Shown: in pieces, positions 13,863 to 26,541 of the stretch
Layout of the letters: the number at the start of each line of letters is the position of its first letter
Position numbering within the stretch: the first letter of the stretch is position 1
Assembly (NCBI GenBank): GCA_951406725.2
Contig: OX597828.1
Location: 50,840,001-50,904,000 of the forward strand
Reading direction: 5' to 3'
Source: Octopus vulgaris
Taxonomy: Eukaryota
DNA length: 64,000 nucleotides
The notes under the pieces: model-generated
What the model saw: the letters and a program-made list of their open reading frames with translations, nothing else
The model's database searches: none
What the model was told of the DNA's origin: nothing
Translations under genes and position numbers: made by a program

Positions 13863-15119
13863 CATAAGTACATATATGTAAATATATATATGTCTGTAAA
13901 TATACACACATACTTACTTACACATATATGTGTGTGCCTGAATTCCTGCATTCGAAAGAAAAAAATATATTTGGCTTTCTTAGTAAACGTTTGTTTTTTA
14001 TTTTTCTTCTTTTGGGATATTTAGTACCCAGTCGTTTATTTATTATATTTCTATGTTGTTGCTTGCTGCTCCTTTTGCTGCAGTTATTGTTGCGATTGCT
14101 ATTGATGTTATCGCTGCACTAGTTGCTGCTGTTGCTGTTCTCTGTTAGTGCAGTGAACAGTTTCTGTTATGGCCGATGATGATGACGATGATTGTGAAGA
14201 GGATGATGATGCGTGTGAGGAGTAGGAGGAGGAAGGTACTGCAGAATATATTATTGGTTTTAATGTTACTATTGCTGCTGCTGCTGATGATGACGATGAT
14301 GATAAAGAAGATATTTTACAATTGTAACAAGGTGCTGCAATCTCTTCTTATCTAGCCATGCCTTGAAAATTTCAGATATCGTTGTCTTGACGTCTTGAGT
14401 TCAAATCTAACAGCCTTTCACTTCACATTTAACCACCTCGAAAACGATGAATCAGATCTCAACATTATAGTAACGCCGATGGTGTCCTTTACTTAACATC
14501 ATATTCCAAAATCTCAGCGTGTGTGAACATACCTCTCCCCTCCATGTGCCTGTCTGTATATGTGTGTATGTGAGTCTGTATGAATCAGTGTGAGGGAGTA
14601 TATCTGCGTGTAAGTAAATGCATTTGTTAGCATACTTCTCCAATATTTATCATTCATTCAACTCTTGTGAGGTTTGAAGTTTTCTGCTCCCAACTTTCTG
14701 GAGGAAATATTTTAAAATAATACTTGAAATAACTGCCAAATATGTCTCATATCAAGCATTACCTTGTTGATAAAGAGAAAGAAACGTTTGTGTAATGTAT
14801 ATTTATAAATACTCTGCCTGAAAGAAAAGGATCACAACTGGGGTGTATGTGACGATTGGTTCCCAGATCAGTCTACAGATGTTACGCAGAGAAACTGAGA
14901 TGTGAGGTTATCTGTCAGTTTTATTTTGGAGAAAAATATCATTCCGTTGATATCGACCCAACGCCATTATTTACACGAGCATTGAAGAAGAATGGTCGTT
15001 TGCCTGGCAATTCAGTATATCAAATAACATCCACCAACGATTAAGCTGTTGGATTCTAGAGTTCTGGAAGATGTTATAAGTCTCAAATTAAAAATCGTGT
15101 TTAAATTTCTGTTGTAGTA

Positions 15120-15390
15120 CTCTCCCTCTTTAATAACTTAGATTGGCATATCCCACGTGACTTTCACCTGGGCTTTTTGTGGTACCAGCAAAGGATGGTG
15201 CTCATACCACTTGTTGGGACCTTGTAGCCCATACTCTACGGGCAACTCAAAAGGGTATTTTCAATACTACTTTGTCATGGCCTTTTTGGTACTCCCTCGG
15301 GGCCAATTTTGAGTATCCACTTATTATACGTCTATCTCGGATGATTTTTTCACATAATCTACACAAAGGTGGTGCTGTTAACTCACTTGA
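15120..15390 (-). mobile_element. R4/Dong-clade non-LTR retrotransposon fragment (CCHC knuckle to start of RLE)
   Basis: Peptides PLCRLCEK...IISGYSKLAPREYQKGHDKV and YGLQGPNKWYEHHP...VKVTWDMPI match CRLC..ET..HI.SGC..LA..EY..RHD.V and KWYEH.P...KILWDF.I. Confidence 0.8.
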
Positions 15391-15506
15391 TTTAGTAGGC
15401 TCATTAAGCTTCTTTTGAGAGGGATGGGCTACATGACCTGAAGAAAAATTCAAACTGGGCCCCACCTGTAAGGTCATGCACTGTTTATCTTGATATGAGA
15501 TCACCA

Positions 15507-15631
15507 TGTCGCTCTCATATGGTTGTGATGCATGTACCTAGTGTACCCTTATAAGACGGATAGTCATGGTGGGTATACTGGGCTTTGTATATTTCACCCC
15601 AGAATTACTTTGATACACTGCTCTCTCACTC
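15507..15631 (+). mobile_element. Probable LINE 3' end abutting (AAT)n
   Basis: Non-repetitive block ending ctgctctctcactc immediately before the (AAT)n array; identity is inferred from context. Confidence 0.4.
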
Positions 15632-15690
<59 letters not shown>

Positions 15691-15797
15691 TGATGATAAT
15701 AATAATAATAATAATAATGATGATGATGATGATGATGATGATGATAATAATAATAATGATGATGATGATAATAATAATAATAATGATGATGATGATG

Positions 15798-15858
<61 letters not shown>

Positions 15859-15862
15859 TAGT

Positions 15863-15936
<74 letters not shown>

Positions 15937-15970
15937 GTAGTAGTAGTATTGTAGTAGTACTAGTGTAGTA
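15632..15970. repeat. (AAT)n/(GAT)n/(TAG)n microsatellite
   Basis: Seen directly. Confidence 0.97.
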
Positions 15971-16866
15971 GTATTGTGTAACATACAAAGTAGAATAATT
16001 TAGAAAGCTTTGACTACTAAAGCGTAAACATGACATCATGGAAAAGACAAACACCTGTCAATCCAGCTTACTAAATTTCTTGGTCCAACAATATAGACAG
16101 AAATATTCTTTTAATTTTATTCGTTATTTTGTGAAATATTGTCAATATTTCTTCGCTACTGAAGTGTGTAAACGACAATAATTGCCAGTAATATTGTGTT
16201 TGAAATGTTTTGTGTATCATGTTTTAGTTTAATTGTAAATTCTAAAAAAGTAATTTTGCAAGATCTGTATGAATTAAAGTAACAGCTAATGCATAGGAAA
16301 CACTTTCATAGCGGCATTCAGAAGAAATAGAATTGGTATTTTAGGAAACCGAAGGAATTGATATGATAGATATTATTTAAAAACTTTTTAATGCAATCAG
16401 TTTGAGGTGTTTGTTGACACTTTGCTGTACAGAAGTATACATTTTCACATATCTTTATTGTGAAAAAAGAAAAAAAAATTACAGCGAAATATTCTAGCTG
16501 TATTTTACATCCTTTGAACAAGTTTGTTAGCGTTTCCAGACAAAATTCATAATTTGCGGTGATAAAAATATGCATCGAGTTTACGTCAAATTTTCTGCTG
16601 TTCACTCTCTCTGTATGTCACGGCATCTGGTGTTATTGGCAGCATTTGAAACGAAAATATCGTGCTGTAGTTGAATGCTTAAGTTACCGTTCTACCAATT
16701 ACTGGCTGCTCACTGAAAACTAAGAGCAGTGTCGTTGTACACGATAGCGCAGTAGTAGCACTAAAAGTAGTAGTAGTAGAAGTAGTTACTCTTGCTATTT
16801 TTGATTTATGACCCCAAATATTCCTGATGTAATTTTCCCAATAACAGTATTCTATTATAACTAAGT

Positions 16867-17142
16867 ATATTTTGTTGTGTCTGGGGAGAGTCATTTTCTT
16901 TTTGTGCCTTATTATGTAACACACTCACCGGTAAAATTTCCACGTTTTTCTTATTTTTATTGTCCCTAACTTTTCGTTGCGTCTTGCAACCTTTTCAAGA
17001 GTCAAAACTATTGAAAATGTTGCAAGACGCAACGAAAAGTTTAGGACAATAAAAAGAGGAAAAAAGTGGAAATTTTACCGGTGAGTGTGTTACATAATAA
17101 GGCACAAAAAGAAAATGACTCTCCCCAGACACAACAGAATAT
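16867..17142. repeat. Long hairpin-type inverted repeat (about 136-bp arms, 4-nt loop)
   Basis: 16867-17002 is the reverse complement of 17007-17142 with few mismatches; loop caaa. Confidence 0.95.
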
Positions 17143-17491
17143 GCCTCAACACACGAACTCATATAAAGAATCTTGCAAACCAAATCCAAAAACGAAATAA
17201 ATATATTTTCTTTATGAAAGAAAGTAGGTTCTCGTTTAATGTCGTAGCGATGTAGAAAGATCTCATAGACGTTGCGTTGTTGATTTGTCGCAATTCTTTA
17301 CTTCTGCTAGTAACTGTCCAAAGAGTGCGTTGTTGCTGTCGAGAAACTATACTAGAAATTAGCAATAAATATATGTCCCATTTTTATCGTCTAATTCTTC
17401 TCATTCTGTATAATTTCACTGTCTGTCAGATTGTAAGTGTGCAGTGTTAAATATGGCTTGTTGAGGTATCGCAGCTACAAAATACAAGCAA

Positions 17492-17543
<52 letters not shown>

Positions 17544-17619
17544 ACACACACACAGACACACACACACGTACGCATATAATGAACGTACATGTACGTATAT
17601 ATATATATGTATGTATTCA

Positions 17620-17947
17620 TGTTTCAGACATTTGACTGTAAGACTAGTATTTATTCTATCGGTCTCTTGTGCCGAACTGCCAAGTTACGGGGACGTAAAC
17701 TCACCAATATCAGTTGTCAAGCGATGGTAGGGAGGGGAGACAAATACAGACACACAAATAGATACACACACATATAATTATGTATACGACGGGCTTCTCT
17801 CAGTTTCCATCTACCAAATCCACTCATAAAGCTTTGGTCGGCCCGAGGCTACAGTACAAGACACTTGCCCAAGGTGCCACGCGGTGGGACAAAACCGAAA
17901 CTATGTGGTTGGAACGCAAGCTTTTGACCACACAGCCACTCCTGCGC
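17620..17947 (-). mobile_element. SINE family B
   Basis: Reverse complement of the family B head (gcgcaggagtggctgtgtggt), core (ccttgggcaagtgtctt) and tail. Confidence 0.9.
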
Positions 17948-18211
17948 TGTAATTTTTAATAACCTTATTCGCTAGATAATTTACATATGTTTCCGTCAAA
18001 GACTAGTCCGGGCAATACTATTTCCAGCTGACTGGATCTGGTTAGTCATTTTAAAGTCAAGATTTTTTTGGTATCATAGCCCCTTGAAACGGGGAGTTGT
18101 TGTTGAGTGAAATATGTCCCTTGAAGAAATTTGTCCAGGTTTCGTGTGAATGTGATGAGATCTTTTTCTTCTTTCATTTGTTTTGGGATAATGCTAAATA
18201 GAGTAGGGATT

Positions 18212-18452
18212 TTTATTTATCTCTTTATTGCCCACAAGAGGCTAAACATAGAGGGGACAAACAAGGACAGACAAAGGGATTAAGTCGATTACATCGACCC
18301 CCCCCCCAGTGCGAAACTGGTACTTTATTTATCGACCCCGAAAGGATGAAAGGTAAAGTCGACCTCGGCGGAATTTGAACTCAGTACGAAACGGCAGACG
18401 AAATACCGCTAAGCATTTCGCCCGGCGCGCTAACGAGTCTGCCAGCACGCCT
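18212..18452 (-). mobile_element. SINE family A (A1) with 17-bp TSD
   Basis: TSD TAAATAGAGTAGGGATT at 18195-18211 and 18453-18469. Confidence 0.93.
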
Positions 18453-18667
18453 TAAATAGAGTAGGGATTGTTGCATAAACTGTGTTGCAGTGAATTTATT
18501 TGTTGTAGGGGTTCTATGGCACATGGCTCCGGCCGGGAATGAATTCTGAATTTGATGTTAAGTTCGTTTGTGCAACGCTGGTGGTATATTCTCCACACAG
18601 ATACACAAACACTCTCGCAAACGCACGCACACATACCCAGATACACACGCACATGTGTATGTATATA

Positions 18668-19050
18668 GGCACAGGAGTGGCTGTGTGGTAAGTAGCTTGC
18701 TAACCAACCACTTGGTTCCGGGTTCAGTCCCACTGCGTGGCATCTTGGCCAAGTGTCTTCTGCTATAGCCTCGGGCCGACCAAAGCCTTGTGAGTGGATT
18801 AGGTAGACGGAAACTGAAAGAAGCCTGTCGTATATATGTATATCTATGTGTGCGTATATGTTTGTGTGTCTGTGTTTGTCCCCCTAGCATTGCTTGACAA
18901 CCGATGCTGGTGTGTTTACGTCCCCGTCACTTAGCGGTTCGGCAAAAGAGACCGATAGGATAAGTACTGGGCTTACAAAGAATAAGTCCCGGCGGTGCTC
19001 CAGCATGGCCGCAGTCAAATGACTGAAACAAGTAAAAGAAAAAGAAAGAA
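18668..19050 (+). mobile_element. SINE family B, near full length (tRNA head plus CORE-like domain)
   Basis: A box tggctgtgtggtaag, B box ggttcagtccc, cttggccaagtgtctt core, internal (TA/TG) tract, tail ending gaaacaagtaaaaga. Confidence 0.93.
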
Positions 19051-19362
19051 TATCTGTGTGTGTGTGTGTGTGTGTGCCTATAATTAACGAAGACTATTAT
19101 GTGTCTGTGAAAGGAGAAACTTGTGAGTGAATCGTATAATTTTGAAATTGTTTACAGGGATAAAATATATTAATAATGTTAATGCTCCACGAGTCTGAGG
19201 TATACTCAAACAGCTCCACTACAATTTAATGGCTTAATAAAATTCAGTCGATCGACTATCTAAATATTAATTGGCAAAATAAGAAGGGAATGCTTCAACA
19301 TCTTATGTGCGTATATACATATGTATACTCATAAATATACTCAAACATACATAAGTATAAAG

Positions 19363-19433
<71 letters not shown>

Positions 19434-19537
19434 TAGGTACTGTAAGTTTTGAGTGAATATTTGATAAGTGTAAGCACCTGTATATGCCAGATAGTGGCAG
19501 AGGTGAGAGAATATATCAAACATGAATTATATATATG

Positions 19538-19728
19538 TAGCCTGAAATTTGAGGGAGGGGCCTAGTCAATTACATCGGTCCCAGTGTTTCACTGGTACTT
19601 CATTTATCGACCTCGAAAGGATGAAATGCAAAGTCGATCTCGGCGGGATTTGAACTCAGAATGTAGCGACGGGCGAAATGCCGCTAAGCATTTCTTGTAG
19701 CTTGCTAACGATCCTGTCAGCTCGCCAC
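19538..19728 (-). mobile_element. SINE family A (A2)
   Basis: Reverse complement of the family A core and head. Confidence 0.85.
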
Positions 19729-19744
19729 CCCCTCTCTCTCTCCC

Positions 19745-19787
<43 letters not shown>

Positions 19788-20599
19788 ATGTTTATGTAGA
19801 CATAGAGTGCATATTATGCATATACGTATATATATGTGATACAAGAGTATACACACACACACATACACACATATATAAATATACATACACACAAACAAAC
19901 TTATATATACATACATGTAAATATAAACATACATACGCATGTAAGTCATGTGATCATATATCTAATAAACGGCGGATGCTGCCCACATTACGTCTCCAAA
20001 TGGTACTAAATTCCTTCTTTGAATATGTTTTTTATGGTCATTTTTATTGAACTTTTATAGCAATACCGTTATTGATCTTGTTTAAACACAGCAAAAAAAC
20101 CCAGTAATTTCAGAAAAAAAAACCTAATTACTTTTTATAAACTCTTTATGAACCACTAATGCTACACCCATAATGAAGCAACGAAACTATAACATATTAA
20201 TTTTATTACCTCTCAATTTCATAGTATTTTCTTCTAGGTTTTTAGATAAGTACTTTATTTCTTAGTAATTGGTGAGTGATTTAAGAACAACCGTTGCTAT
20301 AAGCAATAAATAATCAACCATTTAGACACTGGCAAAGCCAACGAATTTTCTTGAACGACTGAAGGACACTTGCCTAATTTCATTTCTTTCTTTCTGTTAT
20401 TGATTATCGTAACTATTACTTACGTCATTATTCTTCTATTGAACTGTCACTTCACACAATAGTCGAATGTCAGAAATTTTAAAAGAATGGTTAGTCACAA
20501 TTTTGAAAGCTATTCTGTTGTAATATGACGTATAAAAAGAGAATGTGTAATAACGTATATAAGTCCGTGTGTGTATGTGTGAACAAATCTTTTATATTT

Positions 20600-21012
20600 C
20601 ATGTATTATTTGTTTCTGTCATTGACTGCGACCATACTGGGGCATCGCTTTGAAGAGTGTTAATCGATCAAATCGACCATAGGACTTATTATATTTTTGA
20701 AGCGTAGTACTTATGCTATCGGTCTGTAAGTTAGTTTGACATAAGCACACCAACACCTGTTGTCAGGAAATGGTAGGAGACAAACACAAACATACACACA
20801 GACGTACGCGTGCACACACACACAAACACACACACACATACATATACATATACTACAGGCTTCTTTTAATTTCTGTTAACCAAATCCATTCACAAGGTTT
20901 TGGGTGGCCCGAGGCTATAGAACACACTTTTCCAAGGTACCACCCAGTGAGACTGAACCAGGATGCATATGGATAGGAAGCAAGGTTCTTAACACACAGC
21001 CACGCCTGCGCC
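20600..21012 (-). mobile_element. SINE family B (diverged)
   Basis: Colinear with 42155-42562. Confidence 0.8.
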
Positions 21013-21173
21013 TTTGTGTCTGCATTTGTATATTTTTATCTGTGTTTGCGTGTCCGTGTGTGTGTTTATGTGTTCTTGTGTGTGAGTGTGGTTTTGTTGA
21101 TTGTAAAGAAAGACCTGGAGGGAATGAGAAATTAAAGACAGATGACGATCAGAGAGGTGTAGTGCTTCTACAC

Positions 21174-21224
<51 letters not shown>

Positions 21225-22019
21225 GAGAGTGAGAAACAGAAACAGAGAAAGAAAGAAGGATGTGAGGAAGAATAACTAAAACACAGAGAGGGTAATAAAG
21301 AGAAACGGACAATAATTAAGAGAGAGAATGAAAGAGAGAAAAAGTAAAATGCCAAGGAGAGAATTGGAATTAGAAACAAATTCATGTTGTCGAAAGAGAT
21401 ACAAGAAAGCGAGATGAGAAAAATAATTGGAGAGAGAGAAAGAAAAAGGGTCAAAGAAAGAGAGAGAGGGGAGGTAGGGAGGGAGGTAGGAAATGGAATA
21501 TGAGACAGTGCCAATAATCTTTGTATGTCCGCTAAATCATTTGGGGTCTGTGCAGCTAATGAAAAATGTGCTCAATCGTAGCTTATTGCAATATATTACT
21601 AAGTATACGTTTGTAAGCGTTCTATTTCTTTTTCTATAATAATAAATCACAATTCGTGTCGCAAGAACGAGATTTCCACCACAAAGTATCGTGTCATTAG
21701 AGTCTATTGAAAACATGCTCTACCAATTGCAAAATATTAGCCATATCAGCAGCAACTACAGGGTCATTCATACAGCACAATTGGCTATACAACACTATGA
21801 TAAATATAGCACATTAGTTGGCTGTTCGTTTAACAGTAATTCAAGCAGTAAATTTAACCCTTAAGGATTATGTCATTAGCTTCTTTGCATTGAAAAAGCC
21901 ATAGCTATATCCGTATCTAGCTAGCTATATACACACACATATATATATATACACACATACGTACACAAACACACATACACATACAGACATGCATATGTAT
22001 ATGTGTATATATATATACA

Positions 22020-22261
22020 TCTGAATCGATGCTCCTTTCCAAGGAATCTAATGTTCATAGCTTAGTTTTTCCTTTGGGCTGGCCAGATTGGAGCAATCTC
22101 AAGATTAATCAGTCGAAATTGCGAGGAAGAGCCGGTTCTTGACTGAGGATATAAAGCTTCGATTAACCCGTCCTTGTTTTTGTATATCGTCTATCTTGAT
22201 GTTTTGCTGTTACTTTTTGTATCACTTAGTTTTGCAGATGTTTTGCGTTCTTCTCCCATTT

Positions 22262-22262
<1 letters not shown>
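22020..22262 (+). mobile_element. Short non-coding element between (TA)n tracts, carrying hammerhead-like strands
   Basis: GC-richer block with a T-rich tail, bounded by TA repeats. Contains GCAATC-TCAAGA, GAAATTGC and TCTTGA-CTGAGGA. Its TE nature is inferred. Confidence 0.45.
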
Positions 22263-22323
<61 letters not shown>

Positions 22324-22340
22324 GAGAGAGAGAGAGAGAG

Positions 22341-22596
22341 AGGTTGTATACTGTCAACATAACGTGACAGTCCCGTAAAGGGAATTAGAACACCGCTATT
22401 TAGCCCTAGGAAGCAACGACGCTTCCTGTCGGCTTTGACACATTTCCTGCGTCCTTATATTTGCGAAGGGGAGGCAAACACCCCCACCAGCTAGGGCCTG
22501 CACCTAGAGACATGCATGTTTCTGAGTCCATTGCTCGTCATCAGTCTAGGGTAGCAAGGCCTGTTAGTTGTGATACCTGCCAAGCCTTCGCGAATA
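22341..22596 (-). mobile_element. ~255-bp structured non-coding element carrying a hammerhead ribozyme (retrozyme-like or PLE terminal repeat)
   Basis: Bounded by (AG)n and (TA)n; several hairpins; contains the hammerhead at 22503-22550. Confidence 0.6.
22503..22550 (-). ncRNA. Type I hammerhead ribozyme
   Basis: Minus strand reads CCTAGA CTGATGA CGAGCAATGGACTCA GAAA CATGCATG TC TCTAGG. This gives a 6-bp stem I, an intact CUGAUGA/GAAA core, stem II GAG/CTC, a palindromic helix III and a GUC cleavage triplet. Confidence 0.85.
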
Positions 22597-23340
22597 TATA
22601 TATATATATATATATTATTTACAGTGAAATCTATTCATAGGTCACCGAAATTAGAAATATTGAATTTCTAAATGTCTCAGAGAGACATAAGCGGTGATGA
22701 AGCGATAGAGTGATTGTAGAGCGGTGGTGGGGCGATAGAGCGGTGGTGGAGTGATAGAGGTGAGGTGCGTTGAATGCACTCAAAAAATCTAATGGGAAAA
22801 AATTATTTCACACCGAGATTATGAAGGGCTCTTTTACAAAATATCATATTTTCGAAGTCATTTTCACTTTAGAATATTTTTAAGTATGCAAAAAAAAAAA
22901 AGTTTGTAATGGTATCCACTTGAAAATAATTAAAAAAAACATAAAAATATTGTCTGTTTAAAGAAAGCTAAAATATAAATATTTTTTTTGTACAAACAAC
23001 TTACATTTTTGAAATCACATTCACTTGAAAATATTTCTAAATGATTAAAATATTGTGTTCAACAAAAGCGATTATAGAAACTTTTACTGTAAAAAAACAC
23101 ATCGTATTTTTTCGATGTCTAATAGTACCACAAGAGTGTTTCTCTTTTCAGGGTTAAGTTTCATTTCGAAATATTTTCCCATTACGCACTTAATCCCTCC
23201 AAAACCTCCTGTCCGGTTCTCCCGAAATATTTTCATTCCGTTCTTATTTATATTTCGGAGGTGGGCTTAATTCATAGTATTTTCCCATTATGCGGCGGTT
23301 TGGCTGGGTAATGCTGCAATAAAGCAAGATTCAAGCTGAC

Positions 23341-23383
<43 letters not shown>

Positions 23384-23399
23384 TATACACACTCACACA

Positions 23400-24058
<659 letters not shown>

Positions 24059-24349
24059 TATAATGTAAGAATATGTGTATATATTTATGTATCTATATAT
24101 CTATCTGTGTACCTTTATACAGAAAAACACACGCATACACATACATTCACACACCAACATACAACTTTCGAAATCATGGATGGCTTTATGCGTCAGCTTT
24201 TGATATGAAATCACAGGCATTTTTATTCACCACGAACCTGTCATCAATTATTTAGTGTCATTGATTCCACCGAATGACAAATGCCATATGTAAAAGATGC
24301 TTCACGTTTCTCTCTCTCTCTCTCCCTCACTCATATGGAATTATATATG

Positions 24350-24394
<45 letters not shown>

Positions 24395-24501
24395 GTTGTT
24401 TATATATATGTGCGTATATGTATATATATATATATATACATACACACACACAGACATATATATACATACATATATACATATCTTTGTGTGACTTATACAT
24501 G

Positions 24502-24559
<58 letters not shown>

Positions 24560-24878
24560 TAGATAGATATATATATATACATAGACATATATGTATACAT
24601 ATATACGTATATATATATACGTGTCTGTCTGGTATATAAATATATATATATATCATATGTATATAATATATGTATAATGTGAGAAAAGAACATAGGCTTG
24701 AACTTTCTGTTTAATACCAAGATTACTTTCATTATTAATGTGTCCTATGTATTACGTCATAAATTTCTTCAGACGTTGGACGCCGTGTGATCACGCAACA
24801 GTGCGAGTTTAATGTGATTACTCGTAGGAGACGAACCTGAACAATAAAATATTAAGCACTGAACGCTTCCTTTCCGAC

Positions 24879-24931
<53 letters not shown>

Positions 24932-25027
24932 TTATCTAGTATATTATGAAATAACCCACACCCACATCATACTACACGCCACCACACCACCACACCACAT
25001 CACAACACCCACAGCACTTCACACACA

Positions 25028-25530
25028 CTAGCAATGGGTGAAATTGCGCGAATAATTACATAGATGTTTAGAATGATCCGATGGTAATGTTTAAGAAGTT
25101 GACAATTTAGAAATATTACTTCGTTTGTGTCTAATGTCTATAGTTAAAATTTCATCAACAGCAAATATAAATGGATTTTCATGGGGGTTATGGCTTCATT
25201 TATGCTCTCTCACTTTCAAACATATGCGACATTACATCCGCCTTGAACATAGAATATAATATGCAAATTTCATAAAGATCCATTCAGTAATTTTGACCTT
25301 GTTTTGGATCATAAGAAATGACTAAAATTTGGGAGTTAAGGCTCCCATTAGGGTGTCTTAGAATCATCATGAGAAGCCGAAACTTTGGGAATACTTCTTG
25401 ATTTGTGTCAATTACCTATGGTTGAAATTTCATCAACATACAAAAATTTAAAATTTTTCTTATGGGAGAGGGTGGGTTTTGCCCCCTTTCAGCCTCCTCA
25501 AATTCAAACCAAACATACTGCATTATACCC
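25028..25530. mobile_element. Probable Helitron/Helentron-type non-autonomous element fragment
   Basis: actagc start and repeated aaatttcat.aa blocks (about 25147, 25265, 25425), typical of such elements. Weak evidence. Confidence 0.35.
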
Positions 25531-25569
25531 GCCCTTATTCATTAAGTCTAAGTTTCAAATATAAGGATC

Positions 25570-25795
25570 CATTCAGCCATGAGTGGGTTCTCCTGTTTGT
25601 GTGGTATAATGCAGAGTCCTGTTGCCAGATATAGGGCCTCCCAGCAGCAGTGCTCCTCTTGACCCAGGGCAGCACTACCTCTTCCAAACACTCGATGCAA
25701 GCCTCTGTATTGAATTTGAGGCCATGTGGATAGATGAATGGAAGCATAACGTCGCCATCACTGGTGATCACTCCAAACACCATGATGTTGACATC
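25570..25795 (-). mobile_element. Tc1/mariner-superfamily transposase fragment
   Basis: MVFGVITSDGDVMLPFIYPHGLKFNTEACIECLEEVVLPWVK...RPYIWQQDSALYHTNRRTHSWL includes the second catalytic Asp motif QQDxAxxH. Confidence 0.85.
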
Positions 25796-26390
25796 AGCAA
25801 AGTCATGGAACGAATAGTGCGAAGGAAATTTGCATTCCTTGAAGAGAATGACTTGCTGACTGAGACGCTGTATAGTTTTCGACCAGGTAGAACCTGCATG
25901 ACACAACTCTTGCAGCATTACGACTGGGTGCTAAAGCAGCTTCTCAACACCTCACATGTGGATGTGATATGACTCATCTTTGTAAAAGTCTTTGCCAATG
26001 TTGACATGCTTTGATTTGTCTCAAGCCTCGAAATCTTGGCATATTTGGAAAACTTGGAGAATGGCTGCACGACTGTCTAACCGATAGAAGTCGGGTTGTG
26101 GTGGCCAATAGGACCATCTCCAAGAAAACACAAGTAGGGAGTGGTGTTCCACAGGGAATTGTCTTGGAGCCACTGCTATTCATAGCAGCCCTTTCTGACA
26201 TGCCCTCAACTGCTCAAGTAGTTACACTTGCTAGCTATGCAGACGATACAAAAGTATCTCAGTGGATACAAAATCTCTGGAAACATGGTGCATCTGGACA
26301 CAATATGCAGGTCGGTTGTGGAAAATAACATGCAAATTAATGGTGGAAAATTCCAAGCCAATAGGACCGCAGTCGTTGGACTGAAACTTA
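25790..26390 (+). mobile_element. CR1/L2-group LINE reverse transcriptase fragment
   Basis: SKVMERIV...SFRPGRTC..QLL, SGVPQGIVLEPLLF and YADDTK motifs; frameshifted. Confidence 0.9.
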
Positions 26391-26396
26391 CAGAAG

Positions 26397-26441
<45 letters not shown>

Positions 26442-26453
26442 TTATCTACGTAT

Positions 26454-26541
<88 letters not shown>

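Noticed and set aside
17978-18012. GAAA-CATATG-TA with an upstream GTC/GAC stem on the minus strand
   Set aside because: The core reads CGGACTA and stem I is absent; too degraded to call.
25535-25918. 127-aa ORF appearing to be a novel fusion protein
   Set aside because: It is a chance read-through from antisense LINE RT sequence into a mariner-type transposase fragment at their junction near 25790.
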